From Chlamydiales bacterium (GTDB lineage: Bacteria; Chlamydiota; Chlamydiia; Chlamydiales; JBDQID01): a stretch of 37,369 nt of DNA. This document shows, one piece after another, positions 17,748-27,369 of the stretch. Each line of letters starts with the position of its first letter. Within the stretch, counting starts at the first letter, position 1. The translations under genes and the position numbers were made by a program. The DNA is taken from positions 1-37,369 of the forward strand of contig JBLFWS010000010.1 in the NCBI GenBank assembly GCA_047611865.1. Direction: 5' to 3'. The notes beneath the pieces were generated by a model, which was not told where the DNA came from, did no database searches, and saw nothing but the letters and a program-made list of their open reading frames with translations.

Positions 17748-18467
17748 ATGGCTAGAACTATGAGAAGAAAAGATTCTAAACGTGGACTGATGTCAGTACC
17801 CAAAAAGAATGTGCAAGCAAAGAGGAAAGTCAAACCAATCGCCAGAAGTAAAGGGCAGCTAATGCTCAAAACAAAGACTTTTATTGGTGGAAACAAGAGA
17901 ATAGCAAAGCCAGTTGTTAGAAAGGCTAAGAAAAAAGCAGCTCCAAAGCCAGTATCATGTAAAGCTCAAATTGCCAGGTTCAATAAGGCAATAAAAGAGT
18001 TTCAAATGAAGAAAAAAACAATTGATAACATGATCAAGAGGTATAAAGCGAAGAGATCTGGTGGAAGTGATTTGATGAAATTAGTCAATGGATATCACAA
18101 AGATATTAATAAGGCTAATTCGACTATGAAAAAATGGTTTAGTGGAAAGGAGGCTCCACAAATGATGTCATTTGTGAAAACCAAAAAATTCATGAACCAT
18201 AAGAAAAAAATATCTGAATGGCAGACAAAAGCTAAAAATTGTTCTGCAAGATTGCAGACATGGCGAAAAAATCAGTTTAAGTTGTACGCTCATATTTTGA
18301 GAAATATTGATAAATTTGGGACAAAGTATGACAGGTTATGTAATCAATTCAACATTCTTTCCAAGAAAGTGGCAAAGCATGGTGTTGATGTTCCAACATT
18401 CTGCAAATCTCAGAAGGGTTTTTATCAGTGCCAGGCATGGGAAGCTTCTTTCCAACTGCCTTTCTAA
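17748..18467 (+). CDS. Very basic lysine-rich hypothetical protein (possible nucleoid-associated protein)
   Basis: TAAGGAGGT RBS before ATG 17748, K/R-rich sequence (KPVVRKAKKKAAPKP), and its own terminator. Confidence 0.75.
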   Translation: MARTMRRKDSKRGLMSVPKKNVQAKRKVKPIARSKGQLMLKTKTFIGGNKRIAKPVVRKAKKKAAPKPVSCKAQIARFNKAIKEFQMKKKTIDNMIKRYKAKRSGGSDLMKLVNGYHKDINKANSTMKKWFSGKEAPQMMSFVKTKKFMNHKKKISEWQTKAKNCSARLQTWRKNQFKLYAHILRNIDKFGTKYDRLCNQFNILSKKVAKHGVDVPTFCKSQKGFYQCQAWEASFQLPF

Positions 18468-18496
18468 GATGATGTGATTTTGTTTTTTGTAGATAT

Positions 18497-18539
18497 AAAG
18501 ACTGTAATGAGGATCTAAGTCCTCGTTACAGTCTTTTTT
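18497..18539. terminator. Bidirectional intrinsic terminator between convergent genes
   Basis: AAAGACTGTAATGAGGA-TCTAAG-TCCTCGTTACAGTCTTTTTT. Confidence 0.85.
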
Positions 18540-18549
18540 GAGTATACAC

Positions 18550-19386
18550 TTAGGGGAAAAAGGCGTCCTGTATTCGCTTTCCTGTCAAAGCATTCCATTG
18601 GGTACTGAAAATACTTCCGTCGGGGTTTTTGACTTCAATAACATGGACTGGCAGATATACTTCTGTAACACTTCGAATGCCAAAGCCACTTCCAAAAGCA
18701 GCATGACAAACTTCCTTTATTTGAGAAATACTATATTTTTTCCCTACTCGAGTCGCATATTTGTAAGGTTTATTTACCATACGGTGCTTCATTTTTGTTT
18801 CTGGAGCAGATGGAAGACTTGGATTTTGAAAGTGTAAGCGATAGTCGTTTCCTTTTTGAATGATAAGTTGCTTCTTTTTTGCACTTTCTACCCATGTGTC
18901 TAGAATATCACTTTCTACAGAAAGATGTTTTAGCATGGACTCTCGGTCCATGGAGCCGCCATTACTGGCTAATATATTGATGATTTTAAAATCGTAACGG
19001 TTCGCTTCAGAAACAATACTGTCCTCGAAACCATGAGACTTTTCCCAAGAGCTGGTGTTTAAAACCATCTCTCCATCTTCAAGTCCCCAAAGCATATAGC
19101 CTTCACCAGTACCACCACTTTCTTTCACATATTTCACTTCTAGGAGCACATAGGGATAAAAACTAAGTGTGGAAGGAAGAAATTCATGTTCTTGATCTTT
19201 GAGAAGGGTGTGAGCGTGCTCGTTCATAATTGAATCAGCGGTATAACGAACCTCGAGAGTTTGAAATTCTCCCGTTTGAAGGTTTTCTTTGACCAAGTTG
19301 CGTATTCTCGGCTGCGTTTCCCAGACCCAATAGGAGCCTCCGGCCAATAAAATAAAAAAACAGATAGAGCTTAGTAACCTGATCAA
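18550..19386 (-). CDS. Hypothetical protein with an N-terminal membrane anchor (probably conserved in Chlamydiota)
   Basis: 278-aa ORF, GAGGA before TTG, hydrophobic N-terminus LLSSICFFILLAGGSYWVW; lies downstream of rho. Confidence 0.75.
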   Translation of the reverse strand: MIRLLSSICFFILLAGGSYWVWETQPRIRNLVKENLQTGEFQTLEVRYTADSIMNEHAHTLLKDQEHEFLPSTLSFYPYVLLEVKYVKESGGTGEGYMLWGLEDGEMVLNTSSWEKSHGFEDSIVSEANRYDFKIINILASNGGSMDRESMLKHLSVESDILDTWVESAKKKQLIIQKGNDYRLHFQNPSLPSAPETKMKHRMVNKPYKYATRVGKKYSISQIKEVCHAAFGSGFGIRSVTEVYLPVHVIEVKNPDGSIFSTQWNALTGKRIQDAFFP

Positions 19387-19494
19387 TTTGTCCTCACTTT
19401 TTACCTATTTAACATACGTTTGTTTTAAGTATATGCTGAGATAGGTTTTTTTTCTAGTGCTCTGTCAAGTTTAAGCTTTGGTGAAAAAAGAGTT

Positions 19495-19537
19495 AAAAAA
19501 AATGGCTGACTAAGTAAGAATAATTAGTCAGCCATTT
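19495..19537 (-). terminator. Intrinsic terminator downstream of rho
   Basis: AATGGCTGACTAA / TTAGTCAGCCATT 13-bp stem, with an A-run on the + strand (U-tail on the - strand). Confidence 0.85.
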
Positions 19538-19565
19538 GTAAGTGGAGCTTAGTAAGGCATATACC

Positions 19566-21062
19566 TTAGTCTTTCATAGAAAGAAGGAATTCAGCATTAC
19601 TGTTAGTCTTTTTAAGACGTCCTAGAAGGAGGTTCATGGCGTCAAGTTGTGTAAGGTCTGCCAACGCCTGACGTAAGAGGTAAACTTTTTCAAGCTCTGA
19701 AGGATGGTAAAGCATTTCTTCTTTTCTCGTTCCACTCTTAAGAACGTCAATGGCTGGGTAAACGCGTCTGTCAGCAAGACGGCGATCTAACACAAGTTCC
19801 ATATTACCCGTTCCCTTGAACTCTTCGAAAATAACTTCGTCCATTCGGGAACCTGTCTCGATGAGGGCAGTAGCAATAATTGTAAGTGAACCACCACCAT
19901 CAATGTTACGAGCTGCACCAAAAAACCGCTTAGGTTTGTGAAGAGCATTAGCGTCAATACCACCAGTAAGGATTTTTCCTGAATGAGGCTCAACAGTGTT
20001 ATAAGCTCTTGCTAAACGCGTGATAGAGTCGAGAAGGATAACCACATCATGACCGTACTCAACAAGACGTCGGGCTTTTTCAATTACCATGTCAGCGATT
20101 TGTACGTGGCGCTCTGGTGGTTCGTCAAAAGTAGAAGCAATGACTTCTCCTTTGACCGTGCGGATCATATCTGTAACTTCTTCCGGACGTTCATCGATGA
20201 GGAGAACCATCAGCTTGGCTTCAGGGTGGTTGATAGAAAGTGAGTTGGCAATGCTTTGTAGGATAATGGTTTTACCTGAACGGGGAGGTGCTACAATAAG
20301 CCCTCTTTGTCCCTTTCCGATAGGAGCGGTAAGATCTAAGACGCGAGTAGAAAGTTTCGTTTTGTCTGTCTCCATAACATAGCGCTGATCCGGATACAGG
20401 GGAGTTAGGTTTACAAAGGAAATACGATCCCTAGCTTCTTCAGGGGATCTATTGTTGATACCTTCTACTTTTAGTAGCGCAAAATATTTCTCTTTTTCTT
20501 TTGGGGAGCGGATAGAGCCCGTAATAGTATCTCCTTTTTTCAAATCAAAGCGACGAATTTGGGCAGGAGAAACATAGATATCTTCGGCGGATGGTAGGTA
20601 GTTGTAGTTAGGAGAACGTAAAAAACCGAAACCATCAGGTAGAACTTCCAGAGTTCCTTCACCAATTAGAACTTCTTCATGACTAGTTGATTTAGCCTTG
20701 ACAACCTCAAAAACGACCTGAGATTTTGTCATGGATGCCAGGTTTTTTAAGTTCATGTTTTTGGCGTATTGGTGGAGGTCCTCGATGTTCATTCGCTGGA
20801 TGTCAGCAATCTTGGTTACAACGGGATTTTCGCAGACTTTAACTTCTTCGTCTACATTCTCCTGAGGAGGACTTTTGGAATAATTCGCTCTTTTTTCGTA
20901 AGACCCAACTTTTCTATCACGACGGTCCCCACGCTTGTCTTGACTTTCTCTTCTTCTTGGTGGAGGGGAGCTCTTTTTTGTAGATTCGGCAACGGTGTCT
21001 TTGCCTTTATGGTCTTCTATTGCGACGGTGATTTTTTCTGGTGGGGGGGTATCTTGATCCAT
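19566..21062 (-). CDS. rho: Transcription termination factor Rho
   Basis: [48 protein letters not shown] and [12 protein letters not shown]; charged N-terminal extension. Confidence 0.99.
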   Translation of the reverse strand: MDQDTPPPEKITVAIEDHKGKDTVAESTKKSSPPPRRRESQDKRGDRRDRKVGSYEKRANYSKSPPQENVDEEVKVCENPVVTKIADIQRMNIEDLHQYAKNMNLKNLASMTKSQVVFEVVKAKSTSHEEVLIGEGTLEVLPDGFGFLRSPNYNYLPSAEDIYVSPAQIRRFDLKKGDTITGSIRSPKEKEKYFALLKVEGINNRSPEEARDRISFVNLTPLYPDQRYVMETDKTKLSTRVLDLTAPIGKGQRGLIVAPPRSGKTIILQSIANSLSINHPEAKLMVLLIDERPEEVTDMIRTVKGEVIASTFDEPPERHVQIADMVIEKARRLVEYGHDVVILLDSITRLARAYNTVEPHSGKILTGGIDANALHKPKRFFGAARNIDGGGSLTIIATALIETGSRMDEVIFEEFKGTGNMELVLDRRLADRRVYPAIDVLKSGTRKEEMLYHPSELEKVYLLRQALADLTQLDAMNLLLGRLKKTNSNAEFLLSMKD

Positions 21063-21182
21063 TTAGAATCATGCTCCTAAATTGTAAATGTTGTTTTTGT
21101 CAATTTATTGACATATTCCTAATCATCTGAATATATGATACATGCGAATTAACGCTTGTATGTCGATGACTTGAGAATGAAA

Positions 21183-21788
21183 TTAATTTTTGATTATTTC
21201 ATCAAAGATGGCTTTTACCCGTGGTTTGAGTTCGCCCAAACTTGTATTATTGACGATAACAAAATCGGCCTTATCGGCCTTCTCCTGAGGAGGTAATTGC
21301 ATCGCCATCCGTTTTTCATAATCTTCTCGACTGTACCTAGTCTTGTCTTGAAATCGTTTGCAGCAAATCGAGTTGTCGGAAGTTACTGCAATTGTTTTGT
21401 CAAAGTAGCTTTCTGCTCCCACTTCAAATAGTAAAGGGATTTCAGCGATAAAAACTGTGTGAGAACTGTGTACACTGACAGTATCATATTTTTCTTTGAC
21501 ATTTTCCAGAACTGCCGGATGGATTATTTTTTCTAGTTCCTGCAGTTCACGGGGAGAATTAAAAACTTTACTTGCGATTTTTTTATGGTCAAAGAGCCCG
21601 TTACTTAATATTCCACTACCTAGGAGATCAATAATTTTTCGGCCAATAATCGATTCGGGAGATAATAGCTGGTGGACTATGTCATCGGTACTTACTATGT
21701 AAGCACCAAATTCTTTAAAGAGACGGCAAACTGAACTTTTGCCGCATGCCAAACCACCTGTAACGGCTACTTTCTTTAATTTTAACAC
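21183..21788 (-). CDS. coaE: Dephospho-CoA kinase
   Basis: VAVTGGLACGKS P-loop, LEKIIHP, EIPLLFE and ADFVIVN. The GTG start at 21788 overlaps the polA end; the track starts at 21797. Confidence 0.95.
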   Translation of the reverse strand: MLKLKKVAVTGGLACGKSSVCRLFKEFGAYIVSTDDIVHQLLSPESIIGRKIIDLLGSGILSNGLFDHKKIASKVFNSPRELQELEKIIHPAVLENVKEKYDTVSVHSSHTVFIAEIPLLFEVGAESYFDKTIAVTSDNSICCKRFQDKTRYSREDYEKRMAMQLPPQEKADKADFVIVNNTSLGELKPRVKAIFDEIIKN

Positions 21789-24448
21789 TCTTTCCAATTT
21801 TTGCCAATACTGATATCAACGGTTAGAGGAACTTTTAACTTAAAAACCTTTTCCATAGCTCTACGTACGAGAGGTTCAAAGTCTAATAGTTCAAAATCGG
21901 GGACTTCAAAAACAAGTTCATCGTGAATTTGGAGTATCATATAGCCTAACTTATTCTCTTTTTGAAGCATATCATTTACTCTAAGCATCGCGAGTTTGAT
22001 TAAGTCTGCAGCAGTACCTTGTAAAGGAGTATTTACCGCGAGTCGTTCCGATGCTGAGCGAATGGGTCCATTTTTACTGTTAATGTCAGGAATAAGTCTC
22101 TCTCTTCCTGTAATAGTAACAGATTTACCTGTTTTTCGCGCCTTGTTCTTGCAGTCTTCAATAAAATTCTTTACTCGGCTGTATCGGGAAAAATATTTTT
22201 CAATGAATTGAGAGGCATCGCGAATGGAGATATTTAGTTCTCTGGAAAGCCCAAAAGCTTGCTGTCCGTAGATAATCCCAAAGTTTACAGCTTTTGCCTG
22301 AGAACGCATGGATTTATCTACTTGATCTAAAGGAATACCAAAAACTTGTGAGGCTGTAAAAGAGTGAATGTCTTCACCATTTTTAAAAGCGGAAATTAAG
22401 TCAGGATCACCACTTAGATGGGCAAGTAGGCGTAGTTCAATTTGTGAATAGTCGGCAGAGAGAAAACTCCATCCTTCTCTTTGAGGTCTGAATGCTTCGC
22501 GGATTCTGCGACCTGCTTTTGTCCTGATTGGTATGTTTTGTAGATTCGGATCCTGACAAGAGAGCCTCCCAGTTGCAGCCACATATTGGTTAAAGCTACA
22601 ATGAATACGAGAAGTTTTATCATTAACGTCATGAGGTAATGAGTCAATGTATGTGGACCGAAGCTTTTCTAAAGAACGATATTCCAGTACTTTACCAGCA
22701 ATAGGATAATCTCTTTTTAGCCCTTCAAGTACCTCGGCATTTGTAGAATGTCCGGTATTTTTTTTCTTGGAAGGTGGAATACCCAATTTTTCAAAAAGGA
22801 TTTGACTTAGCTGTTTTGGGGAATTTACATTAAAGGGTTCTCCTGCAAGCTCGTGAATATCATCTTCTAAGATAGCGATCTCTTTAGTGAATTCCTTAGA
22901 CATATCTTGGAGTAGCTTGACACAGATATATATTCCTTTCTTCTCCATATTTTTTAAGATCCGAAGGAGAGGGAGTTCCATGTCCAGGAGTAGATGAGTA
23001 AGCTTTCGTTCTTCTAACTCTTTTTTTAGAAGCAACTTTAATCTGAGAGTGTAATCAACATCCTCGCAGCAATAGTCTTTCACGTCATTAATAGGAACTT
23101 CGTTCATCCCGATTTCATTTTTTCCACTGCTAATGAGAGATTTGATGGGAGTTTTGGCTTTGCCAAAATATTGCATGGACAGGTGGTCAAGGGAATGTCT
23201 GTGACTGTGGGAGTTTAGAAGATAGGAAGCTAAGATAGTGTCGAAGCAGAGATTTTTTATTTTTATGCCGTGTTTATCAAGTACATGCATGTCGTATTTT
23301 GCATTGTGGGCATAAAATCCGATAGAAGGATTTTCAAAAAGGGGCTTGAATGCTTGAAGAACAGCTTCAAGACCAAGTTTGCCATTAGCGGGAACATACC
23401 AAGCCTGTTTTTCTTGGATGCAAAATCCAATACCTACCAGTTTTGCTTTTAGGGGATGGACGTGGGTAGTCTCAGTATCAAAAGAGATTTCTTTGGCATT
23501 CTTCAGTATTTCTAAAAGAGCTTTTAGCGATGCATCGTCATCTACAAGTTCATAAGAAACCTTTTCCTCTACAACTGGGGGCTTGTCGCCATTGCTATGA
23601 TCTAGTTCATTGATGAGGCTGCTGAAGTCGCATTCGAAATAGAACTCTTTTAGGGGGGTGGGGTCTGGATCTTTTAGTTCGAAAAAGACTTCTTCTTTTG
23701 GAAAATCTACAGAAGTGTCCAAGGTAACGAGACGTCTGCTTAAAAGGGCTATTTCGGCATCAGACTTTAAAGTTTCTTGTTTCTTTTTTCCTGGGACCTT
23801 ATCCGGGTTAGCCAGAATATTGTCGAGAGAGCCAAATTCTTTAAGGAGGGCGACGGCTGTTTTTGGGCCAAATCCGTAGAGTCCTGGTACATTATCAGAT
23901 TGGTCCCCTGTTATAGCCAGGTAGTCAATAATGAGTTCAGGTGCTACTCCAAATGCTTCTTCTACTTTAGTGGAATTGAGTATCAAATTGTTTTTGTGAG
24001 TGTTGAGAACAGAGGTTTTATCATTAACAAGTTGGCATAAGTCTTTGTCGCTTGTACAGATATAGACGTTGCTTTCTTGTTTTTCTGCCCACTTGGTAAT
24101 ACTGCCCATAGTGTCATCGGCTTCTACCTTTGGTACGCAGAGCATGGGAATGCCAGCGAGCTTGCAAAAGTCTTGTGCCCATTGCATTTGATGGGGAAGG
24201 TCTTCTGGGGCAGAATCGCGATTCGCTTTGTATTCCGGGTAGATTTTTTTACGGCTCTCACTGTTATTGGGTCCGTCAAAGACAATAACCAAGTGGCTTG
24301 GATTAAAGTCTTTGCGGAGTTTTTGGATAGAGCGAATAAAACCATACAGGGCATTAGTAGCTCTACCCTGCTTGTTATTCATAGAGCGGATAGCGAAGTA
24401 GGAACGAAATAGAAATCCCGTGCCATCAACAATGTAGAGTTTGTCCAT
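21782..24448 (-). CDS. polA: DNA polymerase I
   Basis: 5'-3' exonuclease (YKANR, EADD), 3'-5' exonuclease (FDTET), and polymerase motifs DYSQIELR, AKAVNFGIIYG and QIHDELVFE. Confidence 0.99.
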   Translation of the reverse strand: MDKLYIVDGTGFLFRSYFAIRSMNNKQGRATNALYGFIRSIQKLRKDFNPSHLVIVFDGPNNSESRKKIYPEYKANRDSAPEDLPHQMQWAQDFCKLAGIPMLCVPKVEADDTMGSITKWAEKQESNVYICTSDKDLCQLVNDKTSVLNTHKNNLILNSTKVEEAFGVAPELIIDYLAITGDQSDNVPGLYGFGPKTAVALLKEFGSLDNILANPDKVPGKKKQETLKSDAEIALLSRRLVTLDTSVDFPKEEVFFELKDPDPTPLKEFYFECDFSSLINELDHSNGDKPPVVEEKVSYELVDDDASLKALLEILKNAKEISFDTETTHVHPLKAKLVGIGFCIQEKQAWYVPANGKLGLEAVLQAFKPLFENPSIGFYAHNAKYDMHVLDKHGIKIKNLCFDTILASYLLNSHSHRHSLDHLSMQYFGKAKTPIKSLISSGKNEIGMNEVPINDVKDYCCEDVDYTLRLKLLLKKELEERKLTHLLLDMELPLLRILKNMEKKGIYICVKLLQDMSKEFTKEIAILEDDIHELAGEPFNVNSPKQLSQILFEKLGIPPSKKKNTGHSTNAEVLEGLKRDYPIAGKVLEYRSLEKLRSTYIDSLPHDVNDKTSRIHCSFNQYVAATGRLSCQDPNLQNIPIRTKAGRRIREAFRPQREGWSFLSADYSQIELRLLAHLSGDPDLISAFKNGEDIHSFTASQVFGIPLDQVDKSMRSQAKAVNFGIIYGQQAFGLSRELNISIRDASQFIEKYFSRYSRVKNFIEDCKNKARKTGKSVTITGRERLIPDINSKNGPIRSASERLAVNTPLQGTAADLIKLAMLRVNDMLQKENKLGYMILQIHDELVFEVPDFELLDFEPLVRRAMEKVFKLKVPLTVDISIGKNWKEC

Positions 24449-24491
24449 GGATTCAAAGAGGTATCATCGTTAATAGGTTGCTCTAAAGCTC

Positions 24492-25532
24492 CTAGGGAGC
24501 ATAGAGGTACAGAAAACGGTTGGCTAGTTCTGTCCGGTATTTATATGGCAGATCCATTTCAAGCGAAATCTTTCCCGTTAGCAGTGGGGATTGCCCTTCA
24601 AGGACATCCGCAAGCCAATGGCGGGTTTGCATTTGTACTACCTGATATTCTTCACCCTCGCCAATTTCTGAAGCATTGACAAGTTCTGTTAGAACATCAC
24701 TGCGCTCAAGGTTAGCACCATCAATCAATCCAACTTCCAGGGCTTCCTCGGCTGAAAATACTTTAGCTCCCCACTCATTGATAAGCAACTCTTTATCAAG
24801 ATTGGGTCGTGACTTCGTTACGATATTGGTGAATTTGTCATAAAAAAAGCTGATCAATTTCTGATAGTTTTCGTCTTCTTCAGCGTCCCAAGGTCTGAGT
24901 GGATTCATTGCGTCTTTATTTTTACCCGCGATCAAGGTTTTGGACACAACTCCAACTTTTTCCATGGTTTGAGATAAGTTCATAAATTGCATTAACACTC
25001 CAATGCTGCCAACAAGGCTGACTTCACTGGTGTAAATTTTATCAGCTGCCGAAGCAATGTAAACACCACCTGATGCGCAAAGGCCGTCTACATATGCGTA
25101 GACTGGAACATTATATTTTTCTTTATATAGTTTAACGGCTCGGTAAATGGAGTCAGAATCATGTACTGTTCCACCTGGAGAATTGACCGAAAGAAGAATT
25201 CCTTTAACTCTGCTATCTTTCAGAACTCCTTCTCGGGATTCCTGAAGCTGTTTTCTGACAAGTTCAGCATCAAGCTTTTTGCTGCCGATGACTCCATGAA
25301 TATCCACTTGGAGGATTACTGGAGCTGTCGAAGGTAGAGGGTCTCGGTTTCCATTAGCGTCGGTAAGGTAGATTGGGGGAGCCCCATTTGCGACGTGACC
25401 AGGGGAGCTTAGCAAAGCTCCGATAAGAATTACAACGGGGATTGTACCCACAAGGATACCAAAAACTGCGAAAACGGCTACGAAAAATGACCGTAAAGCC
25501 GAAGAAAATACCGATTCCTGAGTGATATTCAT
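24492..25532 (-). CDS. sppA: S49 family signal peptide peptidase (SppA/SohB-like)
   Basis: VNSPGG, CASGGVYIA, GSIGV and AGKNKD; N-terminal transmembrane segment. Confidence 0.9.
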   Translation of the reverse strand: MNITQESVFSSALRSFFVAVFAVFGILVGTIPVVILIGALLSSPGHVANGAPPIYLTDANGNRDPLPSTAPVILQVDIHGVIGSKKLDAELVRKQLQESREGVLKDSRVKGILLSVNSPGGTVHDSDSIYRAVKLYKEKYNVPVYAYVDGLCASGGVYIASAADKIYTSEVSLVGSIGVLMQFMNLSQTMEKVGVVSKTLIAGKNKDAMNPLRPWDAEEDENYQKLISFFYDKFTNIVTKSRPNLDKELLINEWGAKVFSAEEALEVGLIDGANLERSDVLTELVNASEIGEGEEYQVVQMQTRHWLADVLEGQSPLLTGKISLEMDLPYKYRTELANRFLYLYAP

Positions 25533-25648
25533 GATAAAGTAGCCTTTTTATGCTCTATGAGAAGACTTCCATTCTAAAAAAGTACCCATTTTTGTTAAAG
25601 TAGTCATTTGTTTAATATTAATGTAATACGTTAATTCAGGCTTTTTTG

Positions 25649-26404
25649 ATGCTTAAATCTATTGAGGATTATTCCTTTTCCTTAGAAAATTTTGAGGGAC
25701 CACTCGATCTGCTGCTTTACCTTGTTCAGAAGCGTGAACTCGATATTTATCAAGTTCCTATTTTAGAGATCATGGAGCAGTATATAGCGTACCTGACAGC
25801 TCTTACGGAGTTGAGTATCGATGCCGGAGCGGAATTTCTTGGAACGACAGCTTCTCTGATGCATATAAAAAGTCAAATGCTCTTACCTAGAAAGCTGTTG
25901 GTAGAGGACGAGGCTGATATAGACCCTAGATTCGAGCTGGTTCAACAGCTTTTGGAATATTACCAGGTAAAAGGTCTTGCCAATGACCTCTCCATTAAGG
26001 AAAGTCAACAGTCCTCATATTTTTCTCGGGGAATGATTCCATTCCCATCAAAAGGGAATCGAGCCATGGGGATTGATCACCTTTCTTTGTGTGATTTAGG
26101 GGACTTTTTCAAGGAAGCTATGAAGAAAGTCTCCTCCAGAAAAGGGGCAAATGTTCACGAGGAAGAGTGGAGAGTATCTGATAAGATCTCTTGGATCACG
26201 AAACTGGTAGAAAAATATGGAAAAATATCTTTATTGGACATTTTTCCTACAGAACATTGCAGAGGAGAATTGATCGTCACATTCCTCGCCTTACTCGAAC
26301 TTATGAAAACCGGTGGTGCAATGGCCATGAGAGATCCGGATACGTCAGAATATTTTGTGTGCAAAAACGAGGAGCTCGCTATTTATGCCAATGATGGAAA
26401 TTAA
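25649..26404 (+). CDS. scpA: Segregation and condensation protein A
   Basis: FEGPLDLLLYL, IKSQMLLP and IVTFLALLEL. Confidence 0.95.
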   Translation: MLKSIEDYSFSLENFEGPLDLLLYLVQKRELDIYQVPILEIMEQYIAYLTALTELSIDAGAEFLGTTASLMHIKSQMLLPRKLLVEDEADIDPRFELVQQLLEYYQVKGLANDLSIKESQQSSYFSRGMIPFPSKGNRAMGIDHLSLCDLGDFFKEAMKKVSSRKGANVHEEEWRVSDKISWITKLVEKYGKISLLDIFPTEHCRGELIVTFLALLELMKTGGAMAMRDPDTSEYFVCKNEELAIYANDGN

Positions 26405-27146
26405 CCTACTTGATGATTTCTCCGTAAAGGAAGATAAAAAGGAAGATCGTGGGTCAGCTAAAAAAGAAGATCGTGGGTCTGAGCTCCACCAGGAAATAAA
26501 AGGAACTGTCGAGGCACTACTTTTTGCCTCAAGAGAACCTCTTCCTTTGAGATCTATCAGAGATATTACTGATAACATCAGTCCTTTGAAGCCAAGAGCG
26601 CTAAAAGCTATCATCGATGAGTTGAAAGACGATTACGAAAAGTCTAAGCGTTCTTTTCAGATTGACGAAATTGGGGACGGCTATCTTTTGCGTACTGTTC
26701 CACGTTATGGCCCTTATGTGGAAATGCTTTTGAATAGAAGGCGTCAGGAAAAGCTTTCTCCGGCAGCGACAGAAGTATTAGCTATTATTGCTTACCGGCA
26801 ACCTGTAACACGTTCTGTAATTGACGGCATTCGAGGAGTGGATTCTTCAGGCTCTCTGTATGCACTTATTGAACGAGAACTTGTTGAATGTGTGGGTAGG
26901 CTAGAAGCCCCTGGACGACCAGCACTATACTCTGTAACTTCACGTTTTATGCAACATTTTGGAATCAGGGACCTCGAAGAGCTTATTTCTAAAGAAAAAG
27001 TTAAGCTTAACGATGATAGAGATGAGGAAAGTGAAGCTGAAGAGACTGAAGCAGGCCCAGAGGTAAGCTTGAGTAGTGAAGTCCTAGATGAAAAACTTAT
27101 TCCAGTAGTACGTGTAGGGGAGTTGGCAGAAGTCCAGCCAGAGTAG
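26385..27146 (+). CDS. scpB: Segregation and condensation protein B
   Basis: VEALLFAS, LSPAATEVLAIIAYRQPVTR, IRGVDS and PGRPALY. Start is uncertain (26385-26394; track 26355). Confidence 0.95.
   Translation: MPMMEINLLDDFSVKEDKKEDRGSAKKEDRGSELHQEIKGTVEALLFASREPLPLRSIRDITDNISPLKPRALKAIIDELKDDYEKSKRSFQIDEIGDGYLLRTVPRYGPYVEMLLNRRRQEKLSPAATEVLAIIAYRQPVTRSVIDGIRGVDSSGSLYALIERELVECVGRLEAPGRPALYSVTSRFMQHFGIRDLEELISKEKVKLNDDRDEESEAEETEAGPEVSLSSEVLDEKLIPVVRVGELAEVQPE
26436..26483 (+). repeat. 24-bp in-frame tandem duplication in the scpB N-terminus
   Basis: AAAAAGGAAGATCGTGGGTCAGCT / AAAAAAGAAGATCGTGGGTCTGAG, encoding KKEDRGSA KKEDRGSE. Confidence 0.85.
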
Positions 27147-27369
27147 ATATAGGATCTCGAAAAGGTGTAGATCTTTGTCTATGTAAGAGTCATTTTTTAG
27201 TAGTACATCTATTCTAATTCATTTCTAGAAATGACGGAGCAATGGATTCGTTATTCAATCAATTTTAACACGACCTAGGCCGTGTTTTCTAAATCTTTCT
27301 TTTGCTTGGAAACAAGTTATAATTTAATCTTCACTGCAATTATATGTTTTTAGCAATGGAGAAAACTTG

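Noticed and set aside
17748..18467. Assignment as hctA or hctB
   Set aside because: The basic composition fits, but no recognisable Hc1 N-terminal domain or Hc2 pentapeptide repeats were seen; left without a symbol.
27268..27288. Terminator after scpB
   Set aside because: The stem AACACG...CGTGTT is short and imperfect and lies about 120 bp from the stop; too weak to call.
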